A stretch of DNA of 64,000 bases, from assembly GCA_045634485.1 (NCBI GenBank), contig JAZRAJ010000036.1:22696-86695 (forward strand). Direction: 5' to 3'. How positions within the stretch are numbered: the stretch's first letter is position 1; each line of letters opens with the position of its first letter. Of this stretch, positions 9,042 through 16,530 are shown piece by piece. The notes beneath the pieces are model-generated. The model was not told the origin of the DNA and ran no database searches. It was given only the letters and a program-made list of their open reading frames with translations. The DNA comes from Eubacteriales bacterium (lineage in GTDB: Bacteria > Bacillota > Clostridia > Oscillospirales > CAG-272). A program made the translations under genes and the position numbers.

Positions 9042-9452
9042 ATGGAAAGATACGAATTAAATGATACTGATAAAAAACTTATAAAAATCGCACTTGAAGT
9101 ATTGGAGAAAAATTTTGACGACGGAGTTTACAACCACACTGTCGGTTGTGCCATTCTCTGCAAAAACGGTAATATTTACAAGGGTGTAAACTGTGACGGA
9201 ATACACGGCTCGTGCGCAGAATACATTACTATGGGGATTGCAATTTCAGCGGGTGAACGCGAATTTGACACAATAGTAGCAGTACACGAAAAAGCACCGA
9301 ATTGTGTTTTTTCGCCTTGCGGTAACTGCCGTCAAATGCTATATGAATATTGCACCGATATAAAAGTCATTGTGAATGACGAAAACGGAAAATTAATTAA
9401 GGTTAAGGCGCGCGACCTATTGCCTTTTGCATGGGAAGCAGTAAAATGCTAA
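9042..9452 (+). CDS. Cytidine deaminase family protein, blasticidin-S-deaminase-like
   Basis: The zinc ligand motifs are HGSCAE and SPCGNCRQ. The length (136 aa) and C-terminal layout resemble tetrameric CDA/BSD. Confidence 0.7.
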   Translation: MERYELNDTDKKLIKIALEVLEKNFDDGVYNHTVGCAILCKNGNIYKGVNCDGIHGSCAEYITMGIAISAGEREFDTIVAVHEKAPNCVFSPCGNCRQMLYEYCTDIKVIVNDENGKLIKVKARDLLPFAWEAVKC

Positions 9453-9516
9453 ACAATTAAAAGGACTGCGTAGTCCTTTCAGATGTTTTTTACATAGCCA
9501 TATCACAACAATAAAA

Positions 9517-9567
9517 CAAAATCAACAAAAAATAAAATGGCGGGAGAATTGCACATCTTCCGCCATT
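9517..9567 (-). terminator. Rho-independent terminator closing the TIR operon
   Basis: The minus strand has a hairpin AATGGCGGAAG...CTCCCGCCATT (9536-9567), followed by TTTTATTTTTTG. Confidence 0.65.
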
Positions 9568-9591
9568 TATTATTACACACTACATTAACTG

Positions 9592-10089
9592 TTAAACAGA
9601 TAAAATTGCTCTTGCAATCACTCCGGGAATGAAGCAAGCAACTATGGTTAGGAAAAATACCACAAGCCAAATTGCAAGCTTTAGCGCTACATTTTTGGTT
9701 TGCTTCATCAAAAAGAGATTGGCACAGGCAGCAAAACCGCATATCGCACCTCCGATAGCACCTCCGATTATAGGAAATATCTCGCAAAGCGCGGGAACGT
9801 TGCCCCATATCAAAACAAATATACAAATCAACAGAGAGCAAATTGCTTCATACCATCTGCAAGGCTCAGTTACCGTTATTACGTCATTATCTATACACAA
9901 TGAGCAACCAAACAATGCGCTTCCCTTTACCTTACACTCTAACGGTCCGTTTTCACTTTCAAGTATAAACACGTTTCTCGTCTTTTTTGTCAATGCCTGA
10001 CCGTCTATTATAATGCTCCGCTTACCCGTCCAAAAGCTTTCGCAATATTCGATTTGACCGTAGCCAACGTGATGCACGGTTGATTTCAT
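9592..10089 (-). CDS. Hypothetical membrane protein (N-terminal soluble ~85 aa plus 3 predicted TM helices)
   Basis: The ORF has a GGAGGG RBS 7 nt before the ATG at 10087-10089 (the track ORF starts at a TTG two codons upstream). The hydrophobic C-terminal half contains GGAIGGAICGFA. No recognisable motif was found. Confidence 0.6.
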   Translation of the reverse strand: MKSTVHHVGYGQIEYCESFWTGKRSIIIDGQALTKKTRNVFILESENGPLECKVKGSALFGCSLCIDNDVITVTEPCRWYEAICSLLICIFVLIWGNVPALCEIFPIIGGAIGGAICGFAACANLFLMKQTKNVALKLAIWLVVFFLTIVACFIPGVIARAILSV

Positions 10090-10113
10090 AATCAAGCCCT
10101 CCTTTGCTCGGCT

Positions 10114-10821
10114 TTAAGCATTTTTTGTAAGCTTGCACTCGGCGTTTCGCTTTTCTATTAGGGAAACGAGAGTATTAGCAATTGCCCTTGCAAGAGTAGC
10201 GTCGCCGTCGCTTACGGCATCCGAAAACGCCGAAAGCTCTCTTTCAATCTGCAAATTTATTTCCGCAAGAGCCACGCTTGACGTGGGATTTGCGTAGCGA
10301 ATAGCCTCGTAAACTCTTTTTGCATCCGCCTTAAGCTTATCCGAGGGTGCAGAATTCATAATTATCTGCGCCTCTGCCGTAAGATTTTTCATAAAAGAGG
10401 TTTGATTTTTTACCCTTGCATCGATATCGGCAACAATGTCCGAGGCGGTGCTTGCCTTGATAACTGCTATTGCGTTAAACGCAAGAATAATAAAGCATAC
10501 TATAATGCCTCCCCACACGGGAATATCTCTGATAAGCATAACGAGTCCGCCCGTAACGAGCATAGCAATAAGTCCGCTATAGCTTAACAAAATCAAGGAA
10601 ATCTTATAAAAAAGCTTTCTAAGTGTTTTTTGCTTTAGTGCCACAAGCGAGCAAGTAAGCTGACCGATAAATGCAACGGTAATAAATACGTATCCTACCC
10701 AAAACGAGCCCGTAAACTTGCTTACACCGTTAATTTCGTTAGGTGTAACAAATGCTATAACGTTAAATATGGCAAGGCAGATAGCCCAAATAATACTGTA
10801 CGTAGCAATTCTTTTTTTCAT
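10114..10821 (-). CDS. Hypothetical membrane protein (4 predicted TM helices plus a ~110-aa helical C-terminal domain)
   Basis: The ORF has an RBS. The N-terminal TM helices include IIWAICLAIFNVIAFV. The C-terminal half is soluble and Ala/Asp-rich. Confidence 0.6.
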   Translation of the reverse strand: MKKRIATYSIIWAICLAIFNVIAFVTPNEINGVSKFTGSFWVGYVFITVAFIGQLTCSLVALKQKTLRKLFYKISLILLSYSGLIAMLVTGGLVMLIRDIPVWGGIIVCFIILAFNAIAVIKASTASDIVADIDARVKNQTSFMKNLTAEAQIIMNSAPSDKLKADAKRVYEAIRYANPTSSVALAEINLQIERELSAFSDAVSDGDATLARAIANTLVSLIEKRNAECKLTKNA

Positions 10822-10842
10822 ATTACTCTACCTCGCTCCCCA

Positions 10843-12003
10843 TTATCTTTTAGCGCCACACTTGGGGCAAAAGTTGCCCGCACGCTCAAATTTATATCCG
10901 CAGCCTGCGCAAGCATCGCTTGGTTTAGCAACGGGTGCGCCACAACCGTCACAGAAGGATGCGCCCGCCAAAAGCTTGGCTCCGCAATTATCGCAATAAA
11001 GCATCGCCGTGCCTGCGTTTACGCTATTTACCGCACCGCCAACCGCATCCTTGACAACGTTGCCAACAACACCTCCGACGCCCGTCATCATTCCAAGTCC
11101 CATTCCGAGATTTGTCATTTGCCCTGCTCCCTCGTTTGAAGCCGCCGCCTCGGCAACGTCAAAGCCACGCTCCTGGGCATAGGTATATCCCTCCTGCGCA
11201 CGCTTGGTTGCCTGAGCCTGAGAATCGATAACCACCCTTTTAGCCTCGGTTTCGGCATCGATAACGCTTACCTCTTGACGAAGCCTTGCCTCTGCAATAT
11301 CTGCGTACTGACGGAAGTGAAGCTCCTTGAATTTTTCATACTGCCTATCTCCGTCGGGCTTTGCGATATTCGTAACGAAAAATCTCTCAAGCGCCACGCC
11401 GTACTCGGCAAAATCATTTGTAAGAAGCCTTTTAATTGCATCCGAGAAAGCTGTAAGATTTTCGTCGATTTCAAAAATATTAATGGCATTCGACTTCATT
11501 ACCTGAGCAATATAGGTCTTAACTCTTGTCATAAGAAATGCTCGGAAAAGCGTTACGAGCTTTTCTTGGCTAAGAAGGCTCTCGGTGCCAACCAATTTAA
11601 GCAAAAGCTTTCTCGCATTATCTGCGCGCAAGGACATCTCGCCCGAGGCGCCTATTGAAATAGGAAAGCCGTACGTAGGCTCTACGTATTGAACCCTTGA
11701 GTCCGTACCCCACTTAATAGCCACTTGCTCGGCTTTATTGATAAAATAAACCTCACAGTGAAATGGGGATTTTCCGCCCGTTGCAAGGCTTAGCGCCTTT
11801 CCGATAAGCGGAATGTTTTGCGTTTCAAGAGTATAGCGCCCCGCCTCAAAGGAATCAAGCGCTTGACCGTTCATAAAGAAGATAGCCTCTTGATTTTCGT
11901 GAACGATAAGCTGCGTTAAGGAATTAAAATCCTCGCAGGGATGCTTCCATATAATCGTGCCGTTATCGCCCTCGTATTTAATTATATCTGTGATTTTTGG
12001 CAT
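10843..12003 (-). CDS. SPFH/band-7 domain protein of the YdjI type (COG4260-like) with a Gly/Met-rich segment and two C-terminal zinc ribbons
   Basis: The N-terminus IIWKHPCEDFNSLTQLIVHENQEAIFFMNGQALD...IKWGT is typical of YdjI-like SPFH proteins. A GMGLGMMTGVGGVVG segment follows. The zinc ribbons are CDNCGAKL...CDGCGAP and CAGCGYKF...CPKCGAKR. Confidence 0.75.
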   Translation of the reverse strand: MPKITDIIKYEGDNGTIIWKHPCEDFNSLTQLIVHENQEAIFFMNGQALDSFEAGRYTLETQNIPLIGKALSLATGGKSPFHCEVYFINKAEQVAIKWGTDSRVQYVEPTYGFPISIGASGEMSLRADNARKLLLKLVGTESLLSQEKLVTLFRAFLMTRVKTYIAQVMKSNAINIFEIDENLTAFSDAIKRLLTNDFAEYGVALERFFVTNIAKPDGDRQYEKFKELHFRQYADIAEARLRQEVSVIDAETEAKRVVIDSQAQATKRAQEGYTYAQERGFDVAEAAASNEGAGQMTNLGMGLGMMTGVGGVVGNVVKDAVGGAVNSVNAGTAMLYCDNCGAKLLAGASFCDGCGAPVAKPSDACAGCGYKFERAGNFCPKCGAKR

Positions 12004-12068
12004 AATTTACCCCTTCAATAATAAATTTTATAGATTGAGAAAGTTTAAAATTGCGCTTTATGTAAGCA

Positions 12069-14768
12069 TTATCCTACACTCCAACGTGCAAAAAGGTTAA
12101 GATGTCCACCTGAGCCCTTTGGAATCTCAGTAATTTTTTGGGTATAATTAATGTCAGTGTACCAACCCAAAAATATAGCACTCTCAAATGTCATATCCTT
12201 TAAAACTATTGTATCCGATTCAACATTATATCGCACCGGATTGAGAGTATTTGTCCAATCATCCGGGAAAAAGTCAGAATAATAAGTAATTGTATATTCC
12301 TCCGGTGTCCACCTTGCCACCAAGGTAATATCGTTTAATATATTCCACGTTCCTCGGCTAAATTCGAATTTTTCCTCGCCGTTATACCATCCCTCAAAGA
12401 TATAATATGCTCTTGTCGGTTGTGGCAAAAGGTCAACGTATTGACCGTATTTATAGAAAACGCTATCTACAGGAGTACCGTCCGCATAATCAAAGGTTAC
12501 CTTAACATCAATCGGTGACCAATTTGCCTCGTAGTCCTTGTCGCCGTAGCTACCCTTTGGAATAACCAAATCCACAACGGGGGCAAGGACATCGGTTCCC
12601 GTCCAGCCTATAAAGACGTAGCCCACCTTTTGAGGAATAGGCAAGGTAAAGTCTTCCTTTTCTATGTTGTATTTAATAGACTTACTCGATTCTTCTCCGC
12701 CGACCTTATATTTTACAGTATACACCTTTAGCGACCAATTTGCCTTAAAGGTAATATAAAGCACTCCGTCAGTAGCGGAATACTCGGATTGCTCGTAGCT
12801 CCATCCCTTAAAATTATATCCGTTTCGCGTAGCGGATGGAAAGCCGTTAAAGCTTGAATCTATATCATAAGTGATAACGTTACCCTCAAGCCTTGCGCTT
12901 GTGCTTGCCGTAATACGCCCATCGTCACAAAGATATTCGATTTTTGCGGGAACGCCGTTTGACACAACGCTACCTATAACGCTTAGGTAATCAACGCTTG
13001 CCGACTCGCTATCCTTACTTGAATCAAGCGTCGCCTTCGCCTTATCAACAATGCCTCTTGCACGCCTTGCGTCCTGAACGGCGTAAATTGCGTTTTCGTA
13101 TTTTTCAACGTCCTTATCAAGCAAGGCATCATAGTGCGCCTCCTTTAAAAGCGCAATAGCATCGTCGTATTTTTCTTCCTCGAGCAAAGCCATCGCCTGC
13201 TCGTATTTTGAATTGGGAATTTGAATCTTTAAAACAAAAAGGCAGGCAAGTACTGTAAAGATAACCACTATAACAGAAACAAACGAGGCTATATAACCGA
13301 TTATATTAGCCTTTCTTTGCTTTTTAGCCCTTTTGCTCTGCTCTATGCGATAATTCTCCCACTCAACGGTAAGTGCATCAATCTTTTCCTTGCAGCGCTC
13401 TGCGCATTCATTCGCATCACGGTAATCAGCAATAGAGAGAAAGAAGCCCATAGCACGCTTGCACGTAGGGATATCCCTTGCGTTTTCAAGCATATTACTT
13501 GCGCTTCGATAAATGCCCTCCATCTTCTTCTCGTTAATACGATTTCTAACCGTATCTAAGGCATCCAAAAGCTCACTCTTAAGCTTATCGTCCGCAAACT
13601 GAATAGCCTTTTTATAGTTGTTGCTTTTATCAAAAATAATTCCCACGCCGTAAAGCTCGCTCTTGCTTCTGATGCGAAGCTCTATCATAAGCTTGCCAAG
13701 GTACGCCTCGGCATTTTCGGGATCGTGATTTAGCACCTGCTCGTAAAAGGCATCGGCGCGCTCAAGCTCCCTATCCGCAAGAGCCATTGAAGCTCTCCTT
13801 AAAAGAGGCTCAACGCCTACGGCTTCGGTTGCTATAATTGCTTCCTTTACTACGGTTGGCGCCGTTCTCGGCTCAAAATCAAGAATTTTTCTTATTCCTC
13901 GAATAAGGTCCTGCATAAATCCAAGCCTTGACATATCCTGCGCCTGAAGATGCGAGAACTCGTCGGGAAGGTCGTATGGGTCCATATCCCGATATGCGGG
14001 AATAAGCGTTTTCTTAGCGCCGTTTTTGATAAGCGAAAGATATCTTCCCCACTCGTTTTTAACCCATACCGCATTAAAATGCTCCTGCCTTGTGCCAAGC
14101 ACCACCATTATTCTTGCCGAATGTAGCGCCGCAAAAATATACGGCTCGTAGGCTATGCCAAGCTTATCCTCAAGAGTGATTCTTGAAAAGAATACCTTAT
14201 AGCCCTCTCGGGTAAGCTCACGGTAAAGCTCGGTTGCAAGCACGCTATCCTGCGTTCTTCTGCCATTTGCATCGGTTTCCTTATAGCATATAAATATATC
14301 AAAGGGCTCTTCCTTTTGCGATATCGCAAGAATGCCCTTTTGAATTTCATTTATTGCAGTCGCCTCGGACTGATATATCTCACGCTGAGCCTCGTCGGCG
14401 TTTTTGATAGCCGATTTGTAATCCTCATCGTCAAAAATAGACGTAAACTGAGCGCGGTTTACCGTTGGTATACGCCTATGCGTTTGAGGGTCCTCAACGT
14501 ATTCCACACCGTAACGGCAAAGAACTATCGACCAATACGCCTCGGCATCGGTGTTGTCCTCGTTAAGAATATTCTCGTATATTCCCATTGCCTTATCAAA
14601 ATCGTTATTACGGCGAAAATGATTTGCTCTATCGTAAAGATTTGCACGGCGCTCACTGTCAAACTTGGGCAAGGTCTGTCTTGTACCACAATACTCGCAT
14701 ACCGCCACCGACTGCTCCTTGTTGATGTCAAGAGCGCCGCCGCACATCTTACACTTAAAAACTGACAT
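12069..14768 (-). CDS. Zinc-ribbon / TIR / TPR-like / single-TM / InlB B-repeat (Listeria-Bacteroides repeat) multidomain protein, 899 aa
   Basis: The zinc ribbon is CKMCGG..CEYCG (aa 6-28). The TIR domain spans aa ~155-290 (FDIFICYKETD, KVFFSR, AVWVKNEW). The TM helix IIGYIASFVSVIVVIFTVLACLFVL spans aa ~489-513. Four or more C-terminal repeats each carry an aromatic-x-GW motif (YNFKGWS, YVFIGWTG, YIFEGWYNG, IFLGWYTD). Confidence 0.8.
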   Translation of the reverse strand: MSVFKCKMCGGALDINKEQSVAVCEYCGTRQTLPKFDSERRANLYDRANHFRRNNDFDKAMGIYENILNEDNTDAEAYWSIVLCRYGVEYVEDPQTHRRIPTVNRAQFTSIFDDEDYKSAIKNADEAQREIYQSEATAINEIQKGILAISQKEEPFDIFICYKETDANGRRTQDSVLATELYRELTREGYKVFFSRITLEDKLGIAYEPYIFAALHSARIMVVLGTRQEHFNAVWVKNEWGRYLSLIKNGAKKTLIPAYRDMDPYDLPDEFSHLQAQDMSRLGFMQDLIRGIRKILDFEPRTAPTVVKEAIIATEAVGVEPLLRRASMALADRELERADAFYEQVLNHDPENAEAYLGKLMIELRIRSKSELYGVGIIFDKSNNYKKAIQFADDKLKSELLDALDTVRNRINEKKMEGIYRSASNMLENARDIPTCKRAMGFFLSIADYRDANECAERCKEKIDALTVEWENYRIEQSKRAKKQRKANIIGYIASFVSVIVVIFTVLACLFVLKIQIPNSKYEQAMALLEEEKYDDAIALLKEAHYDALLDKDVEKYENAIYAVQDARRARGIVDKAKATLDSSKDSESASVDYLSVIGSVVSNGVPAKIEYLCDDGRITASTSARLEGNVITYDIDSSFNGFPSATRNGYNFKGWSYEQSEYSATDGVLYITFKANWSLKVYTVKYKVGGEESSKSIKYNIEKEDFTLPIPQKVGYVFIGWTGTDVLAPVVDLVIPKGSYGDKDYEANWSPIDVKVTFDYADGTPVDSVFYKYGQYVDLLPQPTRAYYIFEGWYNGEEKFEFSRGTWNILNDITLVARWTPEEYTITYYSDFFPDDWTNTLNPVRYNVESDTIVLKDMTFESAIFLGWYTDINYTQKITEIPKGSGGHLNLFARWSVG

Positions 14769-14779
14769 GAAAATCCCCT

Positions 14780-14971
14780 TTATTTTTTGTCGATAATAAG
14801 GTTTTCAATAGAAAATGCAAGACACTTAGTAATTATTTCATTTCTCGTGCGTCCTGTTTCCTCGGCAATATCATCAAGCTTTTCAATCATATCGTTAGGA
14901 ATTCTAATCGATACCACAGACGTTTCTCCACGAAACTTTTTGCTGGAAATAACAAGCTTCTTGTCGTTCAT
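14780..14971 (-). CDS. Ribbon-helix-helix (CopG/YlcI-like) DNA-binding protein, 63 aa
   Basis: VVSIRIPNDMIEKLDDIAEETGRTRNEIITKCL fits a beta-strand/helix/helix pattern. The RBS GAGGAG is strong. The gene ends 11 nt before the TIR gene start. Confidence 0.65.
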   Translation of the reverse strand: MNDKKLVISSKKFRGETSVVSIRIPNDMIEKLDDIAEETGRTRNEIITKCLAFSIENLIIDKK

Positions 14972-15028
14972 AAGTTTTCTCCTCGTAATATGTAATATAA
15001 AAATTTCTTGTTAAAACCTTACGGCTTT

Positions 15029-15057
15029 ATTGTATCACTTTTGTAAACATTTGTCAA
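15029..15057 (-). promoter_or_regulatory. Sigma-A promoter of the RHH-TIR operon
   Basis: The minus strand reads TTGACA (15052-15057), a 17-nt spacer, then TACAAT (15029-15034). Confidence 0.6.
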
Positions 15058-15071
15058 TGCTTTTTAAAAAT

Positions 15072-15428
15072 TTATTTTATTTTTGCTCCGAATGGGAATA
15101 GCGCAAGCTTCATAATCTTAAAGCACTGAATTCCACGCGGAATACCTATAATGGTTATGCAGTTAAGCAAGCCAACGAATAAGTATACGAGCGCAACCGC
15201 CCATCCGCCAAACACTGCCCAAATCGTGTTGGCAACAGGATGCTCGGTAAAATTCAAATCAATCTTTTTTCCGTACGGCGCTAAAGAAAGCCAAGCTAAT
15301 TTAAAGCACTGAACTCCAAACGGAATTCCAACTATGGTAACGCACAAAATTATTCCCGCTAAAAGCCATAAAAGCGCAAGCCATATACCGCCAAACAGTA
15401 TCCAAATAAAATTTGCTATAATACGCAT
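15072..15428 (-). CDS. yccF: YccF domain-containing inner membrane protein
   Basis: The motif is duplicated: FGGIWLAL...GIPFGVQCFKLA and FGGWAVAL...GIPRGIQCFKIM. I chose the ATG at 15426-15428 behind an AGGAGG RBS. Confidence 0.8.
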   Translation of the reverse strand: MRIIANFIWILFGGIWLALLWLLAGIILCVTIVGIPFGVQCFKLAWLSLAPYGKKIDLNFTEHPVANTIWAVFGGWAVALVYLFVGLLNCITIIGIPRGIQCFKIMKLALFPFGAKIK

Positions 15429-15472
15429 TGAGTAATCCTCCTTTTTTGTCCTCAAAATTAATATTTAAAAAA

Positions 15473-15943
15473 TCAATTGCGTGAGCATTTTTCGGCATCG
15501 ATTGCAAGAACGAGCATCAATGCGCAAACGGCATCGTTGGGGTTATAAACGTCGATAACATAGGTATCGGTCCAATTCCAAAGCTCCTTGGTAACCGTTG
15601 CAACACGCCATCCCGCAGAATTTAAAATATCATAATCCCACTCGGTCCAATTTCCCTCAACTCGCCAGCCGTTGTACTCAACGTTAAACTTAGGTCTAAA
15701 AAACGAAAATTCCTTGTTGATGCTACCTACGTAATTATTTCCAAGATACATCTCAAACTTTGGAAACCACGTAAGCACCCTTTCCTTTATGTAGCCAACC
15801 TCCGTGCCGAGAGCATCGTAAACACGCAAAAGGTGTCCCCACGCAAGCTCTCCCCTTACAGTAAATACGGTGTTGCCCATCTCGTCGTATATATCATAGC
15901 TATCAAACCACGAGAAAAATCTTTGCTTAAATAAAAGCTTCAT
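15473..15943 (-). CDS. LURP-one-related / scramblase-like (Tubby C-terminal-like, YxjI-type) protein
   Basis: The N-terminus is LLFKQRFFSWFDSYDIYDEMGNTVFTV.G, with a repeated beta-hairpin pattern typical of DUF567/LURP1. Its start overlaps the VanZ stop as ATGA. Confidence 0.65.
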   Translation of the reverse strand: MKLLFKQRFFSWFDSYDIYDEMGNTVFTVRGELAWGHLLRVYDALGTEVGYIKERVLTWFPKFEMYLGNNYVGSINKEFSFFRPKFNVEYNGWRVEGNWTEWDYDILNSAGWRVATVTKELWNWTDTYVIDVYNPNDAVCALMLVLAIDAEKCSRN

Positions 15944-16437
15944 TTCGTATTAGTCCCTTCCTCTCTTCCGTCGATAAAATCAATTTTTTGAAGCAGTCTG
16001 TTAATAATCGGAATTTTAATTATTCCGTAGCCTATCATCGCTCCGCTAAGATTAAATATAATATCGTCAACGTCTATAATTCCAACTCGAAGCACGAATT
16101 GCGCCACCTCCACCAATACAACCATAATAAGGATGCAAAGCGTAGCCCGTCGAAATCGGTTAAGTCCCTTAAAAACGCAGGGCAACAACGCTCCCATAGG
16201 TAAAAACAAAACGAAATTGCCAAGAAGATTATAGATTGACAGTGCCTGAAAGCCCTTGCCGTACAGATAAATATAATTCGATATCGTTTTAAACGGAACG
16301 AAATTGGTGAAATACTTAAAATAGTGCGCATAGGAATATTGCGTTCTAAATCCACGGCTTAAAAATACTAAGTATATAAGAATGAGACAGTATATTATAA
16401 AAATCGCCCATAGCACGGAGCGAGCAATTCTTTTCAT
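15940..16437 (-). CDS. VanZ family membrane protein
   Basis: It has four TM segments, an NFVPFKT motif and a LLGNFVLFLPMG motif, all characteristic of VanZ-like proteins. Confidence 0.7.
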   Translation of the reverse strand: MKRIARSVLWAIFIIYCLILIYLVFLSRGFRTQYSYAHYFKYFTNFVPFKTISNYIYLYGKGFQALSIYNLLGNFVLFLPMGALLPCVFKGLNRFRRATLCILIMVVLVEVAQFVLRVGIIDVDDIIFNLSGAMIGYGIIKIPIINRLLQKIDFIDGREEGTNTK

Positions 16438-16481
16438 AGCTCTCCTTAATTTATAAATTACAAATACTGTTACTATTTTGT

Positions 16482-16520
16482 AAAAAAGCCGCCTTACTGT
16501 TTTGTAAAGCGGCTTTTCGT
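16482..16520 (-). terminator. Rho-independent terminator
   Basis: The minus strand reads AAAAGCCGC tttacaaaacagtaag GCGGCTTTTTT. Confidence 0.7.
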
Positions 16521-16530
16521 GATTTTCTTA

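Noticed and set aside
14316-14765. 149-aa plus-strand ORF inside the TIR gene region
   Set aside because: It is antisense to the N-terminal zinc-ribbon/TPR part of the 899-aa gene. It has no RBS or motif.
9517-15057. Classifying the TIR operon as Thoeris (or another named TIR system)
   Set aside because: No ThsA-like gene (SIR2/SLOG or Macro plus TM) is present, and neither is a CD-NTase, Argonaute, STING, NLR NTPase or reverse transcriptase. The TIR protein is far larger and membrane-spanning, unlike ThsB. I therefore kept it as unclassified. I cannot rule out that a profile search would place it in a recently named family.
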